Shown: positions 13,301 through 29,200 of the stretch, one piece after another
Numbering within the stretch: the stretch's first letter is position 1
Layout of the letters: every line of letters begins with the position of its first letter
NCBI GenBank assembly: GCA_043228905.1
Contig: JBHGNT010000012.1
Coordinates: 3,100,001-3,164,000, forward strand
DNA: 64,000 bases
Source: Azolla caroliniana
Taxonomy: Eukaryota > Plantae > Polypodiophyta
Direction of reading: 5' to 3'
Position numbers and translations under genes: made by a program
The notes under the pieces: generated by a model
What the model was told of the DNA's origin: nothing
Seen by the model: the letters and a program-made list of their open reading frames with translations, nothing else
The model's database searches: none

Positions 13301-13712
13301 CTCCACAAAGCTCAAGTAATATTATTTCCTATGTGTATGGCTAGTCACAACACACTTGGTGGGAATTTGAGTGTGCATGCACTACGTTAGGGAAGAGTTA
13401 TCTTCTACACATCTTATATTACATGCTAAGAATCGGACATACACAAACTCCATAGAGGCTTAGAACAAAACCTAGTGATGGTTTATGTCGTAAGGAATAT
13501 AAAGGAAATATTTATAAACCTTGATGCATTCCCAAAGTGAAAGAGAAATGTGAAAAAACTACAAACTCGCGGAGGGGATCTTCCTCATTTTTATTCCCTA
13601 GTTCTAAAGTGTAAGCTTTTTTATCTCTCCTTATTCTCAAGTGTTAATACTAATTATTGCGTTTAGTCTAAGCTAGTAATTGTCATTTCTAAGCACATAT
13701 GAACACACATGG

Positions 13713-14712
13713 TTATCCCGCAAATTCCATAAAATTCTGGAAATATGTTAGGATCTTGTGATCATTGTAGGGAGAACCTTCCAAGAGGTGGTGGCCATGC
13801 TCAAAAGAATCTATGATGGACAAGAGCTCATTGTGATGAATCTCACAATTGCTTTTTGTAGCTTCAAAATTTTCGTGAATGGAAGATTGGATGCAATTGC
13901 TCATCTCCTTTCGATTGTGACAAAACACTACCAAGTGCAAAATCAAATATATAAACTCCTATAATAAAGAGCTTGTCTTGGTCAACATGGATATTAGTTC
14001 TTCCATGTAAGTTGGGTAAGAGCAAAACAATCTTCAAGCAATTCTTGATAAAAAAATTTATAAATTTTCAAACTCAAATAAGCGTTGGACAAAGCACATG
14101 GATTGTGGTATTTGCTAATCTAGAACTATTCGCGCCTCATTGTATCTATAGAGATACCTTCTAGTGAGATTATATATCCTAGGAATTCTGTTAGATTGTG
14201 ATCGAAAACGAGACTTTTAAAGTTTGACACAGAGACCATATTCTTACAATCATCATACAACTTAGCTAATATGTACATCATGCTCTTATGGAGTCTTGGG
14301 AATGATTGGGATGTCATCTCGATAAACGGTGGTGAATATGTCAAAGAAGTCTCAAAAATATCTTTAACAATGTATTGAAAAAATAAATTGGTGCATTCAA
14401 GAGGTTCGAAAGACATTACTATGCCCAAAAATTTCCATGTTGAATGCAAAATGTGATCCATAAGAGTTGAGATTAGACGCAAAGCATAGTGTTTTTTGAA
14501 TCGTCACTTTGTTTAAGGCTCGACAATCCATGCCCAAGAGATGAGACCAACAAAGAAGATTGGGTTACCAACAAGAGATTTCGGATGCCAAATAAAACCA
14601 CTTGAAAATTCCTCAATAATATATTCTTGAAGAAGATTAAACTTTGATGCACATAGGTTATAAATTGGTTCCCCATGGTATGTATTTCCGTGGTTGAAGA
14701 TTGATAGGACAT
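13713..14712 (-). mobile_element. Ty3/gypsy pol remnant (RT-RNaseH)
   Basis: VMSFE...FQYIVKDIF (VMPFG...FQxxMNxIF), TEFLGYIISLEGISID, and NCEIHHNELLSIIDSFEHGHHLLEGS...DHKILTYF (NYEIHDKELLAIV...WRHLLEG...TDHKNLxYF). Confidence 0.85.
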
Positions 14713-15449
14713 TGATATTATCGATGTTCTATTAGCCTTCTCCTTATCAAAGACATATATAATTCTTGGTACTTGGTTGGAAAGAAAATAATATTGGGTG
14801 TATTCTCATAATGTTGTTTTTTGTGATAATACGCCTACATTTTTCTCTTAATTTCCTCTTATCTTCTTCGCTTCTTTATTTGTTTTCAGGCCATGGCCTT
14901 GACAATAATGATTTTTACATGCTATTGAAAGCTTGAATGTGTTGGTGATTTCTTGTTTCTTTGCTTTGTCGTCATGCACATTGAAATGTGCTAAAGTCTC
15001 CCTGTGATACAACAATAATAGTTAAATAATGTGAATTGGATGAAGGTTGTAGAGTATGATTAGAATTTTTTAGTGATTAGTTTACACATAAGTAGCTCAA
15101 GAGTGATCGAGACACATTCTCGCCCCTCTCACTAATGACAGGATAAATGATGATACATTCCCATCCACCCCAACCTTGAGGTGGTTCTCAGGAAAAACAA
15201 TTTATTAAGATGAGGTGTTTGGTGATAACATTAAAGAACATTGTAAGAAATCTAGTGAATAGATTCAAAGGCCATACAAAAGCACTACTTTGGGTTCTAT
15301 ATAGAGGAATTTATTAACTTATATGAAGTTCAAAATGGTTTGGAAAATGGATGCATCATATACACTTCCTGATAAGTCAATAGATTCCTCTTTGAATGAG
15401 GTTTTCCTATAACGCAAAGGTATCACATCTTTGGAAAGATTTGGAGGCG

Positions 15450-15738
15450 CACATTTCATACATTATATTATAATTTATACATATAACATTGACCTACAAA
15501 ATGTGTTTCTGATCTAAATGGTGAAATTGCACTCATCAATACATGCTAGAGCCCATCCATCCATCCATCATGCATACCATCGCTTCAATTTGACCTCGTT
15601 CGCATTTCACACGTTATATTATACATATTGCATTGACCTAAAAAACATGTTTCTAATCCAAATGGTGAGATTGCACTCATCGGTACATGCTAGAGCCCAT
15701 TCTTCCATCCATCATTCATACCATTGCTTCAATTTGAC
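15450..15738. repeat. Two-copy tandem duplication, ~145-bp unit
   Basis: cattgaccta...aatggtga.attgcactcatc..tacatgctagagcccat...gcttcaatttgac occurs twice. Confidence 0.85.
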
Positions 15739-16674
15739 TTTGCTCTTGTTCTCTTCAATGTGAGATGGGATGACACATGAGAAGAGTCTTGTCGACTATC
15801 ATTTTTTTCCCTAAACAAGCATGGAAGTGAGCATGTCAAAATTTAATACATCGTGTTACATTCGACCACATTACCGATATGATCCATTCCCGACTCTATT
15901 CCTCCTAACATTACAATATGCACTCTCTATTGCAATGTTTATTAGTAAAATTCTTTGACATCAAGAGTCGCTACTCTATTCTAGACATATAGTGTAAAAA
16001 CTATTCCCTTTTGGTTCCACGTGCCCTCTAAGGACAATAATGAAATCTATATAGATCTCTCTCTTAAATAAACAACCAACTCTCATTTTATTATATTGAA
16101 AATATGTATTATAATTTATACATAACCCAAAGAGGCCATTATAGAGGGTCATTGCAATGTAGGCTTCTAGGTAAGAATGATTGTCAACATTTCATTGCTT
16201 TGTGTGTCCTAGAGTCTTCATGGCTACCTAGTGCTTCCCCAAAAGGCACTCCCCCCTTGACTATCCTTAGGCTTCCACAACCCTTGGTATGTCCCAATAG
16301 TTTTGAACCCACACTTCTATTGCTTTCAATCTAGGATTCCATAAATGACTTGAGATCCTCCTTTATGTGACATATTGTACATGTTCTTTAGGCAATTTTA
16401 GCATTATTGATCACTTGGAAATATCGAATTCATAATGAACTTATATATGGGTGAAGCGGGAAGAGTACAAGTTGATGTCTATGACCATGTGCCATTTCCT
16501 TTGATATTGGAATGCAAACCTCAAAGAATTTATAATTGGTGTTTTATTATGATAAGGCCATATGGTAATGCTTCATAATTTGCACATTTATGGTACGTTT
16601 GGAGCCTCCATACTACCAACTAAATTATTTATTCAACCTGGTGATGGATATCATTCCTAAGTGTTTGTTCTTTT

Positions 16675-16914
16675 TTTCCCAAAAAAGGAGCTCGGCCGGC
16701 CAACACAAGCCCAATCCTCTGGCGTTCAACAGAGGGAGGGCAGAAGGTGAGTAGGAAACATCCAACATCGGGGTTGGTAGTTCCACCTCGGGCCATTTCC
16801 TCCTTGCATCATCATCGGTGTGGTGTGTTCCTCCATTTCTGCCAAAAGTGTAAGTGTACAATGACCACGTTGTCGGAGTGGCCACAAACCTCGTTCAACT
16901 ACCCTCATAGGCAG
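16675..16914 (-). mobile_element. 240-bp retroposed insertion (SINE, truncated LINE or retrocopy) with 17-bp TSD
   Basis: Direct repeat taagtgtttgttctttt at 16658-16674 and 16915-16931. The insert is GC-richer than its flanks and ends TTTTTTGGG+A-run on the minus strand. Confidence 0.75.
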
Positions 16915-18343
16915 TAAGTGTTTGTTCTTTTATTTATATCTAGCTCTGGTTATATTAGATTTTTTGTAAGTTGGAGATCACCCCATCTTTACCATCAACA
17001 TCAATCAACAAAACACATTTAGCATTAGCTTTCCAATGTTTGCCTTGTCATCTTTTGATGAGCAATTGATCCTCAAATGCATATTACATTTGTGATTTTC
17101 TTGTCAATCTTAGCACATTTTTGTGATTTCTTACACATTATTTACCAAACCATTTGTTTGTTTCATTGTGCATGCCAAATCATCATATTTTAATATACAA
17201 GAAGTAAAATATGTGCACTTCACGGCCTAGTTATCTAATTGATGGAACACCATGGTCCATTTGTCATAAAATTTAGTTACCTAAGCAATGCAGTTCAAAT
17301 GTAATTATCAAATTAATGTTGCATCTGTTTGTAGTGGAATGCATGATCTTTATAATATAACTAATAATGAACATAAAGATAATAAGAGGGTTGTGAAACT
17401 AAACATTAAGCTTAGACTCATGATATTTAACATGTTTATTCACTTGAGCACCTAAAACTAATGCCCTAAACAAGCATAAATTACTAAAGAAAACCCTACC
17501 AATTATTCAAAAATCATATTTCCAAACATGAAAGTGGGAGACACTTCAGATCACATGTAAACACATCATACTTGCATACAATTTGATTGGACAACATGTT
17601 ACTTACAATTCTCTTTTCTTAAATAACATTTGGGATCCCCAACAGATGAACTAATGTAATTAACTGATTAAATGTCTGATATGCAAAATTAAACAGGTTC
17701 ATGTTTGCAATACGTTGAGATCAGATGAGAGACTGCTCCATAGTTTTAAAAGCTATCTAGGTCAAATACAAGTTACTCAAAAGATTTGTTCAAGTCCAAA
17801 GTTTGCAACAAACTTGCCTCTATTTCACTACTTTATTTACATCCCAAGGTTTTTTGAAACATTCAGGTATTCTAAATATGAAAACCAGGAATCATAATAA
17901 GCAATAGCTAGACAATGTTTAAACAATTCAAGAATCAAATGATTGGCTGACTGTAAGAGCTCAAATGCTTCCTACCAGTTCATCTCAAACACAATAGAAA
18001 AATTCATTATCTCAGTCAGTCCACAAGATTTCAACTAATACATTCGAGTTTTCAAACATCAATGCCAGATGAAAGAACTCATTCACGCAAAGGACTCGGA
18101 TCTAGTCAAGAATGGAAGATGTTAAACTGAATTAAATTTAGACAAATGACAAAACCACCGATATGTGCTCATGCTTTTTCCATGCTTAGCAAAAGCTGAT
18201 CCCAGAACAAACAAAAATCCCAATGTTATGCATAAAAGCATCAAACCAAGACTTAAATATCCTAATAATGTCAAAGAAAAGGCTTGGTTGGATGACTTTC
18301 CTGCTATCAATTAACGAGAATCACTCAGATTGATATCATTTTA

Positions 18344-18622
18344 TGCCCAAAGCTTGTTACACCCCCCATATAATACAATTATAACAATAAATTACAAGGA
18401 CATACATAAATACAAACAAAGAAATGTGAGCCATTACATTCATTCATTATACAAATCTGAGTGAAACCAACATACTTGTTGCCCAAAGCAAAAGCTCGTT
18501 ACACCCCCCCCCATATAATACAATTTATAACAATACATTGCAAGGACATATATGGAAACAAAGAAATGTGAGCTATATTACATTCATTCATTACAAAAAT
18601 CCATGTGAAACAAACATACTTG
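18344..18622. repeat. Two-copy tandem duplication, ~136-bp unit, downstream of RPL11
   Basis: tgcccaaagc...gttacacccccc.atataatacaat...aaacaaagaaatgtgagc...catacttg at 18344 and 18480. Confidence 0.85.
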
Positions 18623-19101
18623 CTGAAATTAATCAAATGAGACCAGAAACATAAGGATGTCAAAACTCATATTGAAAAGAGTTCATAAACTAGGATATCT
18701 CGTTAATAATTGAGCAAATACATGTACGGAGTTAACCAAGATGTCTAGCTAACTACAACATATTCATGATCGGAGTAACAAACCAGACAATCCAGTTACT
18801 CAATGCTGAGATAAGAATCAGGCATCTCTGAAGCTTTCAATAGCAACATCCATGAGAAACAAAATAATAAAAGACTCCTTCAAAAAATAATCTAACACAG
18901 AATCAGACTTTGATATCAGCCAGGAAAATAAATCAATCAAGAAACAGCTTCTCTCAAAAACCTTGAGTTAAATTAAAAAGCCTGCTCATTACAAGTAAAT
19001 CCCTGACCCTATCACATAAAAAGCATATGATCCTTTCAGACACCAACAAAACAAAGACTCATTCAAAAATTTACCAAAGATTATCCATAGTCAAGGAAGC
19101 T

Positions 19102-21064
<1,963 letters not shown>

Positions 21065-21187
21065 GATCAAGCGTTGATCTTCTGTGAGACCTCTGTCAAT
21101 GTCTGAGAAGCTCGCGTTGGAGTTTCTGTAAAATCAGAAGAAAGAGGAAGAAGCAGGAAGCGGCTCGTTTACAAAAGGAGTGAAGAA

Positions 21188-21196
21188 TTAGGGTTT
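21188..21196 (-). promoter_or_regulatory. Telo-box (AAACCCTAA) upstream of RPL11
   Basis: ttagggttt about 125 bp upstream of the ATG, a motif typical of plant ribosomal-protein promoters. Confidence 0.65.
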
Positions 21197-22160
21197 CGGT
21201 CTAACCCTGGTTAACGGAACCGCACACAGTGGTTAACTTAACCATACCCTGTGGTTAAAACCCAACCCAACCCAACCCTCTTCCCTTTTAGAGTCTCCAC
21301 CAAGGAAAAGACAACTTATTTATTGCCTTCACGTTTTAACTTTTGTTCACACTCTGTGGAGCTAGTTTTTTTCATTTTACACAAATTAGAGTTGCCTGAA
21401 CGGCTTCACGGCTCCTGGGAACCACCACATTTACATGAGAGGCTTTTATCACTCATTGTACGGTGGGTATCCTCCAAAGAGGTTTTTTTTTGTTGGCTTG
21501 TCACGTAGAAAAGTGCGAAGAAAACCCCTCCTTCTGTGCTTGATTTAGAGTTTACTTCTTGTTGTTGCAACGGGATTAAACATTGCCAGCTTGTCGTTTC
21601 CTTTGAAATGGATTCTGTTTCCTCGAATCCTGCTTGTTACTTGTTACAGCAGCCCCCCATCCGGGCAATGCATCTCGATGCACCAAACTATAGAAACAAA
21701 TTCACTCGAGTTTTATGGTGTCCCTCGTCTAGTTGTTTCTGTTGAATGTACTTCAACATAGAAAACAACTCAATGGAACCATGTGAAGTGCCCTACCATT
21801 TAAGTTTTTGAATTGCTTCACTAGATCTTGAGACAAGTTATTGGCTTATTAAGGAAGATAAAACATCATTAGTGCCCCATCTCTCCCTCTCTGTCCATGA
21901 ATATTACTTGTCTTAATTGCAAAACATATAGCTATAATGGGTGGTGGATTGGTGGTTGAATATAAAACTAGCCCCATTTGATTCCCTACCATATCCCCCA
22001 TCACTTAAAGTTCTGTAAATGAACCTATTTCATCGAGCTACCTACAAATCAATGCAAATGGTGGCAATTATTTACATGATGCAAAAGGTAGCAAGTGCAT
22101 GATATGTTGGTCTCCCTTTAAGTTTTTAACCCAATAAATCTCAGTCATAAACCTTACGAA

Positions 22161-22424
22161 CACCACTAATTTAGAAATGTCATTACCAAATGCAATTGTT
22201 GGGGACGCATCCTTTCTATCAACCTACTCTTTTGACCTATGTATATTTGGGGTCTCTATCTCTCTTATTCAATTTACTCTCAACCTCAACATCTAGGTCA
22301 TGAATCTCCCTAACGCCACTAATTTAGGTTGTCATTACCAAATGCAAAGGTTGAGAACGTGACCTTCTTGTCTATGTCATGCAACCTAGTCACTTGAGCT
22401 ATGTATGTTTGGGCTCTCTATCTC
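22161..22424. repeat. Degenerate direct repeat, period ~153 bp
   Basis: ccactaatttag...tgtcattaccaaatgcaa...ctatgtat.tttggg..ctctatctc at 22161 and 22314. Confidence 0.7.
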
Positions 22425-24090
22425 TTGTCTTGTATACTCTCTCTCTCTATATATATATAATATACATATAGAGCATATATTATAATGGCACGATGTGGAA
22501 TGTGTTGCACATATGTGTCCTTTCATGTATGATATGTTTCTAGTGGAATCGATCCCATTTGGGGTCAGTCTTTCGAGAAAACTAGGATGGATAAATGGTG
22601 CGCAAAGTCTTCGTGAATCATTGGATAACTATACATGTTAACGCACAGAAGGCTTGTTGTATACCATATGCAAGTGTTCTTTCGTGTAGTAATTTTATGA
22701 AGAAAAGTGAGTTTATTTAACACAAGACATTAAGTGGTTGGAACTTGAATATATGTATACGCAGGTTCGTAAATGACTCATGAATGCACAAAATCATTTT
22801 ATTTAATCATTAGTACTTGCTCAATATTCAATGACTCAATTGATAGATAAATATGATGATACAGTTAGGGGCAATCTTGAGCAATGAGTTTGAAGGTGAG
22901 TTCGTGATATACACTCTCCATGATTTTAAGTTGAGTCTACACAGAAAAAGAACAACTGCCCGATGACTTAATATTTCATTCATAATAGAAACCATTCACT
23001 ATGTAGTTTGAGATAATGTGCAATACGAAAACGCTCAAACAAAAGGGTTTGACAATGTTGACATAAACAATTGTTTCGAGAAAAAGAAAGTGAAAACTAT
23101 AAAGAAATTGCTATCAATAAAGTATGTTGGCACTAAATTAAATTGGCAACATATTAGATATCGCTGTTACTTAATACAACACCGTTAGCAAGGAATGTTG
23201 ATACAAGTTCATAACTTATTGCATGACTCAATCCCAAACGTTTGAATGCAAACAACTTGCCTTTTATGTGTGCAAGTGATTCAAATGGTTGGATGGCAAC
23301 ATCAAGGAACTCATTGCCCAATAACCTCCATTATAGTAGGTGCAAAGATTATTATTTTTAGCATACAATGAAATGATTGGCAACAATAAGGAACATGTGA
23401 TCAACACAGAGTACCACGCACCAACGAGTGAAACCGCCTTGCGTTTCAAGGTTCGATGTTTGACAAAGTAAAGAATGGCCTACATACACGCCAATACCGA
23501 AATTCCATTACATGAGTGACTGGGATTGCACGAGAGAGTGCTCACGACGCAATAGTTAGTTCCCCGACACACTAATGTGTGTCAAATGACACGATGCCAC
23601 CCTTCTCTCCCCCTGTCATGCGGGTGATGTGTGAATCAAGTCTCTCGTGGAGAGAAATTAGGAAGCGGATCAGAGCTCTCAAATAAGAAGGAATCGGGCA
23701 TGGACTGTGCCCATCCCATCTCGGGATAAAGCCGAGCATTCTATCGAGGCACATTCATTCGGGCGGGCGGGCGGGTGGCTCCTGTTGGTCTTGTCCGCAG
23801 GATGCAGGATGGAGTCTAATGGGCGCTTGCGTGCGTTTGGTTCGATTGTGACTTGCCGATGTCCTCAGGAAAATGTCCAGAGTGCCCAAAGCACCATTTT
23901 TACAAGCCTTATCTTTCATTATTATTACATGTGTTGCCTCTCATTTTGGCTTTCTTCTTCTTTCTTTCTTCTTTCTTCTTCTCTTTCCCATTTACATCTG
24001 TCTGTCTGACTCTCACTTTTTTCCACCCTAAAAAGGGGGCAAAAAATTTAACAGCCCCTTTCATCTCTCTCTACTGCAGAAACAGGTGAG

Positions 24091-24127
24091 AAACCCTAAA
24101 TTTCACTCGCTTTCCATGAAACCCTAA
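24091..24127 (+). promoter_or_regulatory. Two telo-boxes in the leader region of the U-box gene
   Basis: aaaccctaa at 24091 and 24119, near 5'UTR donor-like sites cag|gtgag (24085) and cag|gtaag (24375). Confidence 0.5.
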
Positions 24128-24526
24128 TCTCCCCCCCCTCCCCTCTGTGTCTCTGTACGATGGGAACCGAGCAGAACTGCTAGTGCTAGTACCACTTCTC
24201 CTTCACGTTTCCTCCCTTTTCGATCGTCGTTTTCTTGGAAATTGTAACTCTCAGCTAGCTCTCCGCAGTTCTGTATATTTATTCCTGCAACATCTCCATC
24301 ATTCCAATTGTTTCCTCCGTGAAGCTAATTCGATATATCTATCTGCGGACATGGTTCTGTGCTGTCCGAGGACAGGTAAGCACAAATTGCCTTTTCTTGC
24401 GAGTTAAAGATTTGGGTAAAAAACGAAAAAATGCTAGTTTTCTCTCCAAACATCAAATAATGGTGTTTTCCTGGTTATGCAAGGCATAATTTCTTTGCCA
24501 GGGTTAAAATTACGCTCAAGAAAAGG

Positions 24527-24745
24527 TGAAATTAAGGGAAGGTAAAAGGTGAAACTTGGCAAAAATTCGAGTTGAAATTAGGTACACTAAAAGGCTAACA
24601 ATAGGGGCAGAAGAAGTTTGAAATTAGGGACAGAATAAGGTTAAGTTAAGCAAAGAAGAATGTTGAAATTAGGCACAGAGGAAGGTTGAAACTGGGGATA
24701 GAAGAAGGTTGAGTTAGGCACAGAAGAAGGTACAGTTAGGTACAA
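24527..24745. repeat. Degenerate minisatellite (~25-27 bp unit) in the U-box 5'UTR intron
   Basis: Repeated gaaattagg.acagaagaaggtt-like units. Confidence 0.65.
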
Positions 24746-26275
24746 TCGAAAATTAATTAAAGATCCAAGTGAATTTGTGGCTTCTTGGGCTCATATTCTC
24801 GTGGAATCATGTATTATTCATTTTTTCTGAGAGAAATGTGAATTCTCAAATGGAGCGAACAGAAAATCTGTATTCTCCAGGTGGCTGTGGACAAATCCTT
24901 TTAGTTACATTATGCATGGGAAAAGCTTGTGATGCTTATTTGTGAAGCATCAAATAGTAAATGGTATTGCCCAGTCTCTGAGCACAATTTGTATAGTTTA
25001 ACCACGGGCTGAAGAATTTTGTGAAGTTTAGATTCCATATTCTTATGGAAAAGTTTGTAACATAATTATACTTTTGGAGTATGGTCTGGATTTTCAACTG
25101 AAGTAAACGATTTTATTTCCTTCCCTTTGTACAATGACGATATTTGTGCCTTCTTAGAGTCCATTTACTGATGGAAAAAAACAAAATTTCTATGCTTTGT
25201 AAATATAGTGTCGATTTTCAAATGAAAAAAAATGTCATCTTTTGCTTGTACAGTGACCATCTTTTGCATAATTTAATCGAGAACCGAGTAAAATTGTGGC
25301 ATATAGAACATGCTTTCTTTACATGGACTATATTTTCAAGTGAAACAAACAGAAAATTCAAAGCTTTCCTAAGAGCTATAACACTTCTCAGCTGCTTAGA
25401 CCTGTATTTAGCTTATGGACATGTGATGACCTCATTAAGCATACCAAGGATTCACGTAGAACTGATCCAACTGTCACCCTAGTCTAGGGAATGCTGCTAT
25501 GAGGCATTAGTATTTTTAGGAATTTCTGTTGTTAGTGCGTTTGGACTCTGTTAATTGTTTGTTTTATTCATTACGAGCAAGACCACATCCTTCTTCTAGA
25601 AATAGGTATTTACTCCTTTCTTATGTAGTTATTTTATTTTATCCTGCTTATAGGACTATGTGATTGTGCAAAGTGGATTCAAGATTCTGGTCTGTTATAA
25701 TCAGGATTGTACTTCCTGGGGTCTTTCTGGTCTGGTCAAATTCTTGTTCTATTCTTCTAGCATCTGAAGTGAGTGTTTGATGTGGATGTCTCTTTGGTTA
25801 AATTTGCATCCACGAATTGGTTATTTTGAGCTGGTCCTGGTGCTACAATCTAACTAATGCTTTATCTACTTGTTGACATTAGTATACCTAGAGCTAAGAT
25901 TAATGTTATGAATTTGATTACTTGGCATTTAACATTATCGTTGTTCTTGCTATTTCATGTTAGTCCTTATCTTGGTTTGCTCTACAAGTTAGTGTGTATT
26001 TGCATTGACCTCATCTTATCTCACACTTATCAGAGAGAGAGAGGGAGAGAGTTTTGAACCCAGATGTATTGTTTAACTAAAACATGTCTTATCAATACGG
26101 AACAAGAATATGGCTGAGAGAGAGAGGGAAGGAAACCTTCATTCTTATTAAATGTTTACTAACCAGGATGGAAATATCAACTGACTTGGATGCATTTTCC
26201 ATTTGCAAACTGGCAGATGACGCAGAACATGTAACATTGGAGTAAAATATGCTGCATTCAAATTTCTTGTAGAAG

Positions 26276-29200
26276 ATGGATGTTGGTTATAATGGCGTGA
26301 ATAGATTGATGCACCAGGAGCACTTTTCTCGGGTGTATCATGGTGGTTCACCAGGAGTTCCTAATAGAGGCGATTCAATAAGAAACTTTGGACCTGAGAC
26401 AGGTGTGCACATTGTTGATGCACAACAATATGCTAATGCTGAAAGGGAACACTTCTTACACCGAAGTACTCATGGGATGCTAGTTAACCAGAATGAGCAT
26501 TCAGTTGACGAGGGTCAAAGGTTTCTAAATGGAGGCTTTCATGTTTCGTCTGTCGTAAACACATCCTCAAAAGCATTGGATTGGACAGGAGGTTCACAAC
26601 CTGGAGAGATGGAAGAGGAAGTGGACAATAGAGACATGGAAGAAAGAGATGGTGGAAGTACAGGTGGATCACGAACTGATGGTTCAGAAGAGGACGAGGA
26701 AGATGATGGTGATATTGATGGAGAAGGAGAAGATATTGTATCTCATCAAGGTGTGACCAGGCTAGTTGATCGGGGTATTCCTAATCGAAGAGGATATGGT
26801 CTTCCAACGATCCAGATGGATGAAGTTAATGGAAATAGGCATGAGGCGATGGGACTTCAGAGAAGTAAGTGTCATAGGGAGTCATCACAAGGTGCTCCAT
26901 CTGGACCATCATTGGGAATGTTTCTTTCACAAACCTCTACTGTACCGTTCCTGAATTCATTTTCATCTGTAGGGCCTATATTTGGTCATGGAGAGTCTGG
27001 TTCTACAGTACCAAATGGCACGCTGATGGCTAACGAGCATGATACTGCACCTGGATATAAAAGAGATGATCTAGGGAAAGAGAAAAATAACAGAGATACA
27101 TTTGTGAAGGATAACCAAAATTATAGTCACGAGCAAAGCAGAATTTCTTGCAGTTCACCTGAGCCAGAAGCTGTACCGGTTGGAGTGGAATCAGCAGAAG
27201 ATGATAGCACATTGGTGCAGCCACCTGCTTTGACGCCTCAAAATGATCCCGGAAACCAGCTTGTGGCCTTCAATCAAAGGAAAAATCATGATACTTCAGA
27301 GATGCCACTTCGATCTGCATTGACTGATCCACTCACGTAAGTTTATGCTTAGCCTTTTTTCAATGTATTGTTTCCAGCATACTCTATAATTTGGGATCGG
27401 CATCTTCTTCTCGTAGAAGAGAGGTCAATGTGGTTGCATCCCTGCCCAAGTACCATCCTTGAGATGCAACCCATGTGTCTATGAGTTACTGTATGCTGTG
27501 GATTTGTGAAAATATTTGTCGCCTATATTTATTTTAGTCTTATATATTAAGTGCTGCTCTCAATTTATGTCCTTTCTATATTATTTGTTATAGCCAGCAG
27601 TTAGGTGTCAGGGAATTTGAATTATCTTCATGTTTTCTTTTGCTAATGTTACTGCTGGTAATCCAGATTGGATTGTGATCTCATTTCGCTTTGACTTAAT
27701 GCATATTGTTGTTGTCTTTTCTTAGTTGATATAGTTTTCCCTGCCTGCCAGCATTTTCATAAACCAAATCCCATCTTGAATAGTTACATGAATTTAATTA
27801 CTTCAATGTTACTGTTGGTTTCACTTTCTAGGTCAAGAAAACTGTAATAAGTCCTCGGCTTGAAGATAAATATGTGAAAAAGGATTGCAGCCAAACAGTC
27901 AGAAATTCATATGGGAGAATAGTCGCCTGAAGATTTCAACTTATCAGGGAAATGACAGAAATGAACTTAAGGATAGACCCCTAAGAAATTATCTAAATAA
28001 ATACACATAAAAATATTTTCGTGGAGCCTCCCTAGTAGAGATTTGGGGGCAGCTCCCCAGTTGCAAAAAATGTAGGAGGATTGCTATGAAATGGATGATT
28101 TACCCATTTTACAGATCACATTAGAGAAAATTATGTTTTGGCCATGTTTTGGACCTATTCACCATGGATAGATTTTTCTTATAACCCCAACCTTATAAAA
28201 AAACATATTAAAATAGAAGTCCATGTTTGCTGCACTTCTACACCCATGTAAGAATACTACTTGGGCTAATACTATTCTTTGCTGCATCTGCACATAACTG
28301 CCTTGAAGCCTTCTTACTTTGATTTGTTTGACTTGTTTTCTTCTCTGTCTGCGTCTCTCCATTTATCTATCTCTCTATCCTCCTCCTTCCCTCCCCCCCC
28401 CCACCCCCCCACCACCAAACAAAAAGAAAAAAAAAGTTTGAATGCTTTCATATTGTTGGGGAATTACTGCCAATCATAGCTATTGACTCTTCTATTACTG
28501 TGTTTAAGACATGTGGAGTGCTCATTTCAATTTTGAATTGAAGAAATACTTTTGGTTGTAGTTTCCTTGTATATAATTTAAAGATATTTCTTGGTTTGAC
28601 ATTATGTATTATCTTGGTTCGTTTGATGTTAAGTTTTAATTGAATGTACCATTGACTTTGTGTAGTCAAGTGTCAATGCTAACTTGTGTTATCTCTTTTA
28701 GGGTAGGCAGTTTGTTAAATTTTTATCAAATTTTGGTGTGTTTTGGGTAATATCTTTTAATGTATGCAATTTGTTAAGTTCTTATCAAAATTTGCTGGTA
28801 ATTGTTTGGAACAGTGGTGTTTTGATGGATGATGCAACTATACTTTTATGTGGGCATTCATTTGGGAGTGAGAGTCTCCAACGCATCATAGAAAATGTAA
28901 GTGGGACTTCATGCACTGGCATCTTGCATCATGATAATGTTGTAAATAGAACTGCTCAGGTGAATTTAGATTGCATCAAGATTCTGTGCTATGTTTATTT
29001 TTCAAATTATCATGTACTTGTGGGTATGTGCTAATATTCTTTTTTGTTAAGTATAAACCAAATAGTTTTGTACACATACACAATATATCTTTGTATTATG
29101 CATCATACATCTTTAGACATATTTTATTCAGTTTCACACTTGTCAAAATCTATTGATTCTATACTACAATTTGTAATATGTCTCATTCCCTTATTTACTT

